From IMG/VR virus record IMGVR_UViG_3300025872_000001: a stretch of DNA of 64,000 nt, one strand, 5' to 3'. Below, one piece after another: positions 9,120 through 19,397 of the stretch. The translations under genes and the position numbers were made by a program. The notes beneath the pieces were generated by a model. That model worked only from the letters and a program-made list of their open reading frames with translations. It had not been told where the DNA came from and did no database searches. This DNA is from a virus. Position 1 is the stretch's first letter. Every line of letters starts with the position of its first letter.

Positions 9120-12100
9120 TTACTCAAGCGACAGTATAGAACCTCTAGAGTCGAGCCATTCCGTTTGATCGCGGAATATCTCGGCTCTTTCATTTGGTCT
9201 GATAATAGAGATCTCATTTCCTTCTGCATCCAATATATGTAGATTATGAGATGATCCTCTGTTCACGATTACAACGGAGTTGCCCTCTGCAACATCTGCT
9301 GGCATAACAATAGAGGAGTCTGTTCTTGGGGTAATTAAATTAATAGAATTCAATTTATCTTCTGGAAGCTCATATTCAGACTCTATTCTTTTTGCTTTTC
9401 CGCCACTACCTATTATTGTTGTGCCGTTGTATGTAAATTTTACTCCAATTGTTGCTGATTCTGCACCAATAGCAGTCCAATTGACGCTTGAGCCTAAAGC
9501 ATCTATTTGATAGTTAGCCCCATTTACAAGAGAATTAGTATGAATATTAAATGAATCTTGATCTTCATTTCTGCCCCCATCTACTTCAAATCGATTTGCT
9601 ACTGGATTAATTCTTTCAACAGGTTCAATTTCAAGATAACCACTTACGACATTTGAAATATCACCGGGACCAAAATCATCCCAAGGTCTAAATCTAAAAT
9701 AGTGCCATTTACCAGTTTCTAGACCTTCTGCTAATCTAATTGTATTTACATAACTTCTTGTTTTGTCGAGATTGACATAATTAAATTGATTGGTATGATC
9801 TACAATATCAGCTTCAAACACTCTTTTTACTTGTGCATCGCTACCGTTTATTGCTGTTCCATTGTATTCGAATTCTGTTCCAATAATAGGTGTTTGAGAT
9901 GGGCATCCAATAGCTTTCCAATTTACGCTGGAGCCGACATTCATAATTTCATACCAATTTCCATTAGCCATACCAGTATGATCAATAATTTCTGGAAAAC
10001 CTTGTCCAGTATATACATCAACGCTATAAACATCTTTATTTGATGTAGTATTATAACAGTTAAATATAATTTGGCCTTTTGAAACATCCTCTGGCAAAAC
10101 TGTAAATGAAATACCAGAAAATCCTGTTGTATTCGCAGCAGTTATAGTTTCGAGGTTGGCAATTCCAAGTGGATTTCCTTTAGTAGAGGGAACTTTTCTG
10201 CCCTCTCCACTACCATAAGCAGTAAAATGTTCTAGTCCCCAATCCTCAATCGATGTAGCCTTATCTACATTATCATTATAGTATTTGATTAAATCTTCAT
10301 AAGCATAAACATAGGCTTCATAATCAGCTTCTCCAGTTCCTTTATAATTAATTCCTACTCCAGCGCGCTCTGCCGTAGAAGTTATTCCAGTTCCATTATA
10401 ACCAGTTGCTGTTAAAAATGCTCCAGAAATATCCCTAAATGTTAATGGAACAGAATCATCTTCACTTCTAATTAATTCTCCATTTAAATCTCTAACTCCA
10501 GATCCAGATATTGTTCCTGTAGTAGTATTGTTTTCTGGATTCCATAATGCTATTCCAGTAAATGTGCTGTGGCCATAGTAGCCAGAAAGCACATAATACG
10601 GAGAGTTTTGATAAGAATCAATTACTTGAATCTTGTTATAATATGGATATTGATTATGGGCATAAAATGTACCTGTTTTAGTTAGGTTAGTATTATCTTG
10701 TACTATTACTCTTAAACCAAGTGATCTTGAGTATTCTACATTCTTTGCAGATTCAGTTTCTCTACTGAATAACTCTCCATTCATTTTTTGAGTTACTGTA
10801 TAAGATAAACCTTGATAATTTTCCTCTTGTTTTAATATTTGTCCAGCATTATCCAATATTTGAACTGTAACTTTTTGAGGAAGATCAACGAATGGATTTT
10901 CTAAAATTTGTTCCTTGGTTGACATAACCCCACCAGTAGGATCTATATATTTCCATCTGAAGGTAACATCCGCAGATGTAAAGTTGCCAACTCCCGCTCC
11001 AGCATAAAGTCCTCCTCCTAAATGAGCGATTTGATAATTAACTGAATTTTTATCAGCAGTATCAATTGTAAAGCCACTTGGTATTGTTGAAGTTATAGTA
11101 TAACCTCCTTGACCAGTTAAGGTCGCACTCGGCAATATGATTGCCCCAGTTTGGGCAGCGTCAATTGATAATAATTTATATAAAACCCCTTGAGAATAAA
11201 CATCAAAATCATACTGACCATAAGCTCCGCTTATTGGAACAGTTAATGTAGTTATGCCAGAAGCTACTGTATAAGCATCAGTTATAGAATCATATTCATC
11301 TCCAAGAGTTGAATAATCTGGTCTACTGACATAAACCTTGTAGCCTACAATTGGGCTACTTGTGCCTGACCAAATAATATGGACTCCAGTTCCTCCATAT
11401 CCGCTTACACTAACTATTCCAGATGGAGGATTTGGCTTGACGACTACATCGTATGGCCCTTGAACATAATAGCTAGGCGAAGTATCCATCATATCTTTTT
11501 CGATGAATTCTTCTTTGTCGCGCAAATATTCTATTCCTACAACAGAATATTGATTAGCCTCTTCTTCTTTTGTCGCAATAGTTTTATAAAGTTTCGGTTC
11601 TATTCCAGAGCCACTCAAAACATAAAGAGAACCTTCTGATATTAAATCAAGATTTTTAGGAGTTGTATCTACAGTTAGATTATAAAATCCTTTTTCATAT
11701 CCAGTTCCGTATATCAAACCGCTATAACCAATTCCATTTTCTTGAGCAAGTAATCTTAAATCACTTTGGCCCAAAGTCCCACCTCCAACATAAACATTTA
11801 AACCAAGAGCATTAAAAGCATTAGATACATGGGTAGATGTTAATGCTGAATTTGTATATATTTTTTCAGATCCGTAAAATCCTTTTGGCATTCCAACTGT
11901 ATAATATCCTAAAGAATTACCTTTTGACCATTTTGACTGAGCGGCATTACCATCAATAAAATCACTAGTAAATGCTAAAGCTGATTTTGTATGAGCTTTT
12001 GTGCAAATATAAGTTTCTGAATTATACTTGATAATATTACCAACTGCATACTCTCTGCCAGATTGCCATTCTTCGTAATTTGATTCGGCGCGATTACCAA

Positions 12101-14906
12101 AGTCAGCTTGAACAAATGTGTAATATGGTCTTAATCTTGTAAAGGCAAGAAGATCTCTATAAGTAAATACTAAACTTCCAGTATCATTTGAAGTTTTAGA
12201 TGCACGCTCAAGTATTCTGTAATTGCTATTATTGGCGCTTGTATCATTTTTTATTAAAGCGGCTAAATAACTACCAGCAGTAGCACTATCAGCGCCTAAT
12301 TTATAAATTTCTGTAGCAGCATAAGATGCAAATACAGATGGTACAGCTGTCTGCCAAGCAATTGGACTTCCATTAGATACTATTACAATCACTTCTCCAT
12401 TGTTTCTTCCTTCTATAAATGAGCCTATATCCGCTAAAGATGCACTAGTTGAACTTTGAGCAACAAAAGCTCCAGCGGAATTTAAAGCTATGGCTGTTAA
12501 GTTTGATGCCGTAGTTCCTCTCTGAACTCCATCTACATTAACTATACCATTTGATCCAGAAATATAACAAGTCCAATTAGGTTCAGAACCGATTACTTGA
12601 CCAGTTCCATCGATACCAGAAAAATTAATATCAATCTCCAAATCTGATAAAACTCCAGATACATTAGAGAATGTTAATGAATCCCATTTAGGATTGCCGG
12701 TTGCTACAGTATGTTCTGGGAAATAGTAAACCTCTCCAGTTAAAATAGTTTGACCAGTATATGACGCCCCAGATATTCTACCCTCTACTGGATAAACGTC
12801 AGTTACTACTGACTGCAATAGAAAATCACCAGTAAGTGTTAATGTGGCCCCATAAGAATTATCAACAACAGTATGTAAATTAAATTTTCGTGTTTGTCTT
12901 TGCCTTCTAGCTCTAATTTGCTCAAGCGTTCCAGTAAATCCTCCGTCGCTTCCAGTTAATGAATTTAAATCTGAAACAGAAAAATTTCCAGATGGAACAT
13001 GAATATATATTCCAGAAGCTAAATCTGGATGGAATTCTCCATCAATTTTAATTGTTTTAGCGTTTTCATCTATTTCAAGTATTCTTCCAAACGATCTTCC
13101 TACGTTTCTTACCTCATCGCTTACTCCGAAAATATCTCCTGGTTGTAGATATGCGCCCTCTAATCCCGCAGTAAATGTAACGGTATCAGATTCAAACATT
13201 GAACTGCATATAATATATCTACCAATTCGTCTTGCTTCTGATCGTGAAGTGCAGCCAGCAGCATTAACTTTAAATGGATTTAAACCAAAATTTCTTATTC
13301 CATCGACATCTTCAATGAATTCAACTTTAGTTTTAAAGTCATCGTACTTATCGTTGTAAGTTATTTCTACACTTGTGTATCTTTTGTTTTTAGCTGTTTC
13401 AGTATATACAAATGCTCCATCTTTAACATTAACATTGGCAAAATAAATGATTGGATCTTTTTTCTTGTCAGCGAAGAATGAAAAACCTTCAGTGTTCCAA
13501 TATATAATTCCTTTAAATATTGCCGCAACATCTTTAAGGATATTGTATGCTTCGTCTTTATTATAATAAATAATATTGCATGTATATCTTGGCTCAAGAC
13601 CGCCCTTGCCATCAGGAACGCCTCTAAATCTGCCATCATCATCTACGGCGTCACAATATCTACCAATATCATATAAAGTCCATTTATCTATTGAACTGTT
13701 GTCAATATAATTACCAAGACCATAATTATAATCAGTAACAATATCATATAAAATCCAAGCTGGATTATCTGTCCACGCTAATTTAAATGTGCCATCCCAA
13801 TCTCCGTAATAAATTTTATTACTATCATAAAAGTTTCTATCGCAGAATTGTTGTAACTTTATATCAGAATCGCTGGCGAGATTAAATTTTGCACCTCCAG
13901 TGTCTTCAGCTAATTCCCTTAAAGTTCTAGTACCAGAAAAATCAGGATCAGCGTGGAGATAATAAAATTGAATTCCAGCCTCTCTCGCTCTGTTCAATGA
14001 GATTTGATAAGTTTCTGGAGCCATTACTTCTGGTATATGACCAGAAAAATATATAACCTTTCTAACAGTATTGACCCAAAGTTTTTCTGTTACAGCTTCT
14101 TCTCCACTTTTACCGACTTCATCCGTTATACTAAATTGGGTTTTTCTAAAAAAGAAATTCGCAATACTTGTTTCTGAAGGATCGACTGTAGGCGATAAAG
14201 GAGATGCTGCTAGGGCATCGTCAAGTAATTTAATTAAATTTGTTTGATTTGCGCCGGTAGAATCTGGCGTCTCCATCTCAGAAAAGTTACTTGAAGAATA
14301 ATATGTAAAATTATTTATGGTCTCTTTTGTTGCTTCATTAACAATGAAATTAGTATTATTTGCTGCTGTTTGCCATATAGAAAATCTTACATTAGTATAG
14401 CCAGAAACAAGTTTAAAGATAAACTCTTTTAAATTTCTTCTTAATAATTTTCTGCTTCGTTCATTCATGTTTTGGTCAACCATGAATATAACATCAAGAG
14501 TATTTGGGTTTGCAGGATAATCTGGATTTGCAAAAACATATCTCCTATCTAAACCATTACCACCAAGAGGAAAATAGTTAGAAGGCACTTTAACCTTCTT
14601 CATTTTAACATCATACTGTCTTTCTGGGATACTGCTAAATGTTCTAGAATCAAATTTTAATCCAACATGCGCGGTTAATGGATAAGAAAAGTTTCTGTCT
14701 ACAACTTCATATATTCCATCTAATGAAACATCTCTTTTTACCAAAGGTGAAATAGTTTCTGGACTTCTCTTTTCTATAGTAATGTATCTATCTCTTCCAT
14801 TTTCCGAATCTGGAAGAACAAGTTCGTTTGATGTAATTAGCCCAGCTTGACTAACAATATTTGTATCAATTGTGTCGTCTTCTGTATTGTCGCCGTTTGG
14901 AGTCAT
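9120..14906 (-). CDS. Tail tip / central fibre protein, lambda gpJ-like (main part, with vWA insertion)
   Basis: FSYPLTAHVGLKFDS, VKVPSNY...WDGTFKLAWTDNPAWILYD, GLEPRYTCN, AAGCTSRSEARRIG, LQPGDIF. Confidence 0.9.
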   Translation of the reverse strand: MTPNGDNTEDDTIDTNIVSQAGLITSNELVLPDSENGRDRYITIEKRSPETISPLVKRDVSLDGIYEVVDRNFSYPLTAHVGLKFDSRTFSSIPERQYDVKMKKVKVPSNYFPLGGNGLDRRYVFANPDYPANPNTLDVIFMVDQNMNERSRKLLRRNLKEFIFKLVSGYTNVRFSIWQTAANNTNFIVNEATKETINNFTYYSSSNFSEMETPDSTGANQTNLIKLLDDALAASPLSPTVDPSETSIANFFFRKTQFSITDEVGKSGEEAVTEKLWVNTVRKVIYFSGHIPEVMAPETYQISLNRAREAGIQFYYLHADPDFSGTRTLRELAEDTGGAKFNLASDSDIKLQQFCDRNFYDSNKIYYGDWDGTFKLAWTDNPAWILYDIVTDYNYGLGNYIDNSSIDKWTLYDIGRYCDAVDDDGRFRGVPDGKGGLEPRYTCNIIYYNKDEAYNILKDVAAIFKGIIYWNTEGFSFFADKKKDPIIYFANVNVKDGAFVYTETAKNKRYTSVEITYNDKYDDFKTKVEFIEDVDGIRNFGLNPFKVNAAGCTSRSEARRIGRYIICSSMFESDTVTFTAGLEGAYLQPGDIFGVSDEVRNVGRSFGRILEIDENAKTIKIDGEFHPDLASGIYIHVPSGNFSVSDLNSLTGSDGGFTGTLEQIRARRQRQTRKFNLHTVVDNSYGATLTLTGDFLLQSVVTDVYPVEGRISGASYTGQTILTGEVYYFPEHTVATGNPKWDSLTFSNVSGVLSDLEIDINFSGIDGTGQVIGSEPNWTCYISGSNGIVNVDGVQRGTTASNLTAIALNSAGAFVAQSSTSASLADIGSFIEGRNNGEVIVIVSNGSPIAWQTAVPSVFASYAATEIYKLGADSATAGSYLAALIKNDTSANNSNYRILERASKTSNDTGSLVFTYRDLLAFTRLRPYYTFVQADFGNRAESNYEEWQSGREYAVGNIIKYNSETYICTKAHTKSALAFTSDFIDGNAAQSKWSKGNSLGYYTVGMPKGFYGSEKIYTNSALTSTHVSNAFNALGLNVYVGGGTLGQSDLRLLAQENGIGYSGLIYGTGYEKGFYNLTVDTTPKNLDLISEGSLYVLSGSGIEPKLYKTIATKEEEANQYSVVGIEYLRDKEEFIEKDMMDTSPSYYVQGPYDVVVKPNPPSGIVSVSGYGGTGVHIIWSGTSSPIVGYKVYVSRPDYSTLGDEYDSITDAYTVASGITTLTVPISGAYGQYDFDVYSQGVLYKLLSIDAAQTGAIILPSATLTGQGGYTITSTIPSGFTIDTADKNSVNYQIAHLGGGLYAGAGVGNFTSADVTFRWKYIDPTGGVMSTKEQILENPFVDLPQKVTVQILDNAGQILKQEENYQGLSYTVTQKMNGELFSRETESAKNVEYSRSLGLRVIVQDNTNLTKTGTFYAHNQYPYYNKIQVIDSYQNSPYYVLSGYYGHSTFTGIALWNPENNTTTGTISGSGVRDLNGELIRSEDDSVPLTFRDISGAFLTATGYNGTGITSTAERAGVGINYKGTGEADYEAYVYAYEDLIKYYNDNVDKATSIEDWGLEHFTAYGSGEGRKVPSTKGNPLGIANLETITAANTTGFSGISFTVLPEDVSKGQIIFNCYNTTSNKDVYSVDVYTGQGFPEIIDHTGMANGNWYEIMNVGSSVNWKAIGCPSQTPIIGTEFEYNGTAINGSDAQVKRVFEADIVDHTNQFNYVNLDKTRSYVNTIRLAEGLETGKWHYFRFRPWDDFGPGDISNVVSGYLEIEPVERINPVANRFEVDGGRNEDQDSFNIHTNSLVNGANYQIDALGSSVNWTAIGAESATIGVKFTYNGTTIIGSGGKAKRIESEYELPEDKLNSINLITPRTDSSIVMPADVAEGNSVVIVNRGSSHNLHILDAEGNEISIIRPNERAEIFRDQTEWLDSRGSILSLE

Positions 14907-14922
14907 TATATTATAATAAATT

Positions 14923-15495
14923 TTAACCTGTTATTGTAAATGTCCTTGTGTACCAAAATTTTTCCCTTGGATCACTTGGAGTTGAACTGGCAGACAATCT
15001 TACTGGAGCGTTATCTGGAGACGCAGCATCTATATAAACATAGTGTGTACCAATACTTAATTGTTGTGTTACCTCCGCTGGGATAACAAAAGAAAACTGT
15101 CCAACTCCATTTACTGAAATTTCAGATCCAGTTGCATAAACTTGATAAGGAATTAAATTTTTATCTACATTTTGTAAACCCACATCAATCTGAGCAACAA
15201 CCATTGTTGCTGGTTTAGTAATGTGTGAGCCTCCTCCGCTTAACAAATAAGTAGCTGTTCCACTTAATGTTATAGTCCCACCTCTTGCACAACTTGAATT
15301 AGATATTGTATTGAACACTGCGGCTGCTCCATCTCCAACTACACCAGGACTATAAATAATTCTTTCTGGAGCGGATGGAAAATAGTCTTTCTTTTCACGC
15401 TTTCTTAAATTATATATAATAGGCAATACCGCAGAATAATTTCTAGGATTAATTTGGGAAGCCATAACCTCCTCATATGTTTTTTGTAATGGCAT
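14923..15495 (-). CDS. Ig-like virion protein lying between the two J fragments
   Basis: Beta-rich (GGTITLSGTA, GQFSFVIP, GTHYVYIDA); starts 1 nt after the upstream stop. Confidence 0.6.
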   Translation of the reverse strand: MPLQKTYEEVMASQINPRNYSAVLPIIYNLRKREKKDYFPSAPERIIYSPGVVGDGAAAVFNTISNSSCARGGTITLSGTATYLLSGGGSHITKPATMVVAQIDVGLQNVDKNLIPYQVYATGSEISVNGVGQFSFVIPAEVTQQLSIGTHYVYIDAASPDNAPVRLSASSTPSDPREKFWYTRTFTITG

Positions 15496-15496
15496 A

Positions 15497-16399
15497 TTAG
15501 ACCTCTTGTACTTTGGTTATAACGTCAGCTAAAACTGTATCCCCAGATACTCCCACTAATCTTGCGCCTCTACTTCCAGCTACTATTGAATTTGTATTCA
15601 ATACGGCTCCACCTGTCGAAGAAGCAGAACCAACGTAAGATGCTGAATTGAATTGACCAAGTGGTTCTCCAAGCATACAGGCATATGGGCTTGTAACTGT
15701 TCCAAATATAGAATATTCTTTTACAATTATTTTGTTGCTGCCTTCAACTCCACAAGTTACAGATATTCTTAAATCTGTTGATCTGTTCATGCCCATTTTG
15801 CCTTGCTGCCCAGGACCAGAACCTTTATCAACTGTATCAAATAAAGATTCAATAATTAAACTTAATCTAATTTTTTTGACATCTTTATTTTTTATATGAT
15901 GCGTGTATACAAATGGATCTTTAGCTTCTGTAGGCCAGCCAGTTGCCCAACCTGTAAAATCTCTTATGGAACCATTGTTTGGATCTTGTCTATGGTCTGG
16001 AGATCCTGCTATTCCAGCATTATTAACGACTATTGGGCCTAGTAATTTAAAACTAGCTGGCTTCCATATATAAACATTTTTGAAGTTCTCCAAAGGTTTT
16101 TGATTTTCAGTTCCGAGGTTTATTTCCATTACTACGCTTCTAAAATTATATTTTCCATCATAGTTCATGACAGGAACTTTATTTAAATAAATTCCCTTTA
16201 ACATATCAAGACCGTAAACTTTTTTGCCAAATTGATCAACTAATCCATAAATTGGCCCTTCGCAAAGCAAATCAACAGACTCTGAAATAGAGATAGACTT
16301 CAACAAAGTTTGATCGGCTGGAGCGACTAAAGCTGGAATTGGCGCTTTATCTCCACCGCCTTTGCCTTTATAAAATCTATATGGATTTAAAATTTTCAT
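15497..16399 (-). CDS. gpJ-like N-terminal fragment
   Basis: KGKGGG, DLLCEGPIYGL, IYLNKVPV...YNF, LGTENQKPL, IFGTVTSPY. Confidence 0.85.
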   Translation of the reverse strand: MKILNPYRFYKGKGGGDKAPIPALVAPADQTLLKSISISESVDLLCEGPIYGLVDQFGKKVYGLDMLKGIYLNKVPVMNYDGKYNFRSVVMEINLGTENQKPLENFKNVYIWKPASFKLLGPIVVNNAGIAGSPDHRQDPNNGSIRDFTGWATGWPTEAKDPFVYTHHIKNKDVKKIRLSLIIESLFDTVDKGSGPGQQGKMGMNRSTDLRISVTCGVEGSNKIIVKEYSIFGTVTSPYACMLGEPLGQFNSASYVGSASSTGGAVLNTNSIVAGSRGARLVGVSGDTVLADVITKVQEV

Positions 16400-19041
16400 T
16401 AGGCGGTCTGAACTTTTTGAGAAAGAACTGGGTTGCCAATTCCTTTAAATGTAGTTGATGTAGATAGGAATTGAACGTTTATTTTCACGGGAGCAGAATA
16501 CAATGTTTGTTTATTATTTATATTAACTTTACATCTGTATCTAGCCTTATAAGAAGAATATCCACTTGATTTTGCTCCGCTCAATTCTGGGCGCTCCGCA
16601 ATAAATCTCACAATTCTATTAGAATCGGAAGATTTTTCTTCAGAGTATGTTATAAAATCTTCGACGACCTTTCCTGTGCCAGTTGCTGATGTTGAGTTTT
16701 TGACAAAAACGCTTTGGATATTATTTATCGGAGAGCCAATTGAAGTCCAATTGGTTGAATCTAATGAATGTATTTTATATTCTTCACCAGCAATCATTGA
16801 CGACACATCTAATACTCTTTTACCTATATCTGAAAACTTTTGATTTTTGGGGGTACTTGGATCAGGAAACCCGTGAAATAATTTTTCTTTTGGAACAGAT
16901 TGCCAATCAGAAAAAACACCATCTCTATTTGTGTCGTATCTATAATATATGCTGATTCCTTCGCTACCTCTTAAATCTTGAACTCTAGCTAATAAACGGT
17001 GATAACCGGCTGTCAAATACAATGTCGTCGTTGAAGAATTTAAAGCCGCAATTTCTGCATTAGATGGTTTTTGAACCCAAGGAGGATTCGCAAAACCAGA
17101 AAACATTCCATGCCCACTATAATATGCGCTTGCCAAAGTTGAATCTATATATAAATCTGAAGCATCATCTGAATCAAGTTTAAATTCATATGCTCCCACC
17201 AACATTACTCTGCCATTGCCTGTTCCTTGGGTTGAATTTTTATAAAATGTAGACCCAACTCTAGGAACTATAGCCGCACCATTTAAACCAGTGAATCCTA
17301 ATCCGCTCCATTGACCAGTATCTCCAATTTTTATAATTTCATATAGGCCAGTAGCAGTTCCAATTTCATATACATCTTTCACAAATGATTTACCGTCGCC
17401 ACCAACTGTTGGAACATAGAAGTACCCAATTAACTCCATACCATAATTGTCAACATTAGAATTAGAACCATTTAATGACTGCTCATTTAATGCGCTAACT
17501 TCACCAATATACGGCCCAGATTGATTTTTATAAGCTGGATAATCATTAAATAATGTATCCATCTCCGCAGTTGTTGTTGGACTCTCTACTCTAGTCCAAT
17601 ATGCGGATTCAGCAACAGGCGCACCACCAGCTAATTCTCCAGTTGTGGGCAAATGACCGGAAACTGGTGCGGTGCATTTATATAAATACTCTAAATTTGG
17701 AGGTAGAATTTTTCTCCAATATGCTGAATTAATTGTTAAACCATCTCCAGTTGGCGATTCTCCCGAAAATCCTGCTGCAACGATAGCTTGAAAGTATGTA
17801 TTTGTGTCTGATCCTGTTGGATAATTTACCAATTCTCCACTAAAATAATTATACCCACTATCCCAAACTCCAAATTTTAAATTATAAAATTGCGTAGGCC
17901 CGAACTTAACCAAATCTCCAACAGAATATTTTTGGAAATAACCAGTTTCATTGCTTTTTAAGTTCGCAAAATCTGATTGTACTTTAAAATCTGGAGTATG
18001 GTATGATCTCATAATCAAACCAGATTTTACTGCATATGGATTTTCTATAAAAACTTTCTTTCTTGAACTGTCATTGCTTAACTCCTCCCATTCATAAGTA
18101 ACATCTTCGTCAAAAGTAGTTAAATCTGGATTTGAAATAATCTCATTATTTCTTTTAACGACTACTTCTACTGGATTAGAAATAACTTTCGACGCACTAT
18201 TTGTTACTATATCTATATAAGAATTTAAAACATTGACGGAACAAAAAGTTACCGTATCTTCCATATCAACAGCTTGATTCGTAGAGAATTTATCTACTAC
18301 TGATCCAGCCGATTCAGCTTCATTTTCTGCAATCAATTCAATATAATCATTAGTTGGCTTATCAACAGGAGTCATCAATTGCTTAATATCAGTATTTAAA
18401 GCGTAATGGTCGATACTAGAACTAATTTGAGAGTGACCGATCTTTAATCGGCCATAGCCAACTGGGATCGCCTGTCCTTGGGCCGTATTAGATGGTTTAT
18501 TACCAAATAAATAAGACTTACCACCAGCTTGAACTTCTTGATTGAAATCTGGTTTAGGTGGTGGGAATAATAATCCCATTACTCCTTGTAAAGCTATACC
18601 TACGCCAAGGCTAAATAAAGCCGTACCTAATGCAGAAAATGAACCTGCGCCAGCAGCGCCCATTACTGTAGTCGATCCAATTCCTCCAAGTACGCTACTA
18701 AATCCAGCGCCCAAAAATCCTGCTGCTCCAGCAGTAGCGATGGTCAACGCTAATCCAACTGCAATTAAAGCTCCATTTTTTCCTGCACCCCAAACAATTG
18801 GTACAATATGAATTTCTTTTGGAGCTTTTTGAACTTCAATTTCTTTAGGATGCTGAATAACATTATCATCGACAACTATTCTATAATGAACTCCTTGTAT
18901 TGCTAGTCTCTTTATTTCATCTAGAAACCCCCTTCTGTTTGAATTGATCGCAAGAAAAGCTTCTTTAGGAGAATTTATATTAAATCTAAATTCCTCACCA
19001 AATTTATTTCGCAATTCGCCGTATAAATATACATTAGTCAT
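16399..19041 (-). CDS. Tail assembly protein I-like with C-terminal PA14 extension
   Basis: VYLYGELRNKFG, IHIVPIVWGAG, SYLFG..SNTAQGQAIPVGYGRLKIG; PA14 YEFKLDSDDASDLYID. Confidence 0.85.
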   Translation of the reverse strand: MTNVYLYGELRNKFGEEFRFNINSPKEAFLAINSNRRGFLDEIKRLAIQGVHYRIVVDDNVIQHPKEIEVQKAPKEIHIVPIVWGAGKNGALIAVGLALTIATAGAAGFLGAGFSSVLGGIGSTTVMGAAGAGSFSALGTALFSLGVGIALQGVMGLLFPPPKPDFNQEVQAGGKSYLFGNKPSNTAQGQAIPVGYGRLKIGHSQISSSIDHYALNTDIKQLMTPVDKPTNDYIELIAENEAESAGSVVDKFSTNQAVDMEDTVTFCSVNVLNSYIDIVTNSASKVISNPVEVVVKRNNEIISNPDLTTFDEDVTYEWEELSNDSSRKKVFIENPYAVKSGLIMRSYHTPDFKVQSDFANLKSNETGYFQKYSVGDLVKFGPTQFYNLKFGVWDSGYNYFSGELVNYPTGSDTNTYFQAIVAAGFSGESPTGDGLTINSAYWRKILPPNLEYLYKCTAPVSGHLPTTGELAGGAPVAESAYWTRVESPTTTAEMDTLFNDYPAYKNQSGPYIGEVSALNEQSLNGSNSNVDNYGMELIGYFYVPTVGGDGKSFVKDVYEIGTATGLYEIIKIGDTGQWSGLGFTGLNGAAIVPRVGSTFYKNSTQGTGNGRVMLVGAYEFKLDSDDASDLYIDSTLASAYYSGHGMFSGFANPPWVQKPSNAEIAALNSSTTTLYLTAGYHRLLARVQDLRGSEGISIYYRYDTNRDGVFSDWQSVPKEKLFHGFPDPSTPKNQKFSDIGKRVLDVSSMIAGEEYKIHSLDSTNWTSIGSPINNIQSVFVKNSTSATGTGKVVEDFITYSEEKSSDSNRIVRFIAERPELSGAKSSGYSSYKARYRCKVNINNKQTLYSAPVKINVQFLSTSTTFKGIGNPVLSQKVQTA

Positions 19042-19396
19042 ATTGTTTCTTTAATATATCTATATACTCTTTATTTACATGAGGCTTCTTGGGGAGCACC
19101 AGATTAAATTTTTTAGTTTCTTTGCTATAAATAACATAAGGTATGCAAGAATTTTCGCAATTAAATATATCAAACTTTGATTCGGCTTCGCCTGTTTTTG
19201 GATGAGTGTGGTAAATGGCGGCAAGTTTGCCACTTCTTATTTGTCTTAAAATTTCTAAAGGATGAATTTCAAATACATCATCTTTGTAAACTGCAACATT
19301 CTTTGCCGGTTCTGTTTTTAATTCGTCTCCATCGACAAATACAAAACCACAAACTTCGTTATCAGATGTATTAGCGTGATCAATTATAGATTGCAT
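19034..19396 (-). CDS. JAB/MPN domain tail protein (gpK N-terminal-like, no NlpC/P60 domain)
   Basis: EVCG and JAMM motif HTH-x7-SKFD. Confidence 0.85.
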   Translation of the reverse strand: MQSIIDHANTSDNEVCGFVFVDGDELKTEPAKNVAVYKDDVFEIHPLEILRQIRSGKLAAIYHTHPKTGEAESKFDIFNCENSCIPYVIYSKETKKFNLVLPKKPHVNKEYIDILKKQYD

Positions 19397-19397
19397 A

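Noticed and set aside
14907-15700. Self-splicing intron or intein explaining the split J gene
   Set aside because: No group I/II core motifs, homing endonuclease or intein terminal residues were recognised; the middle ORF looks structural
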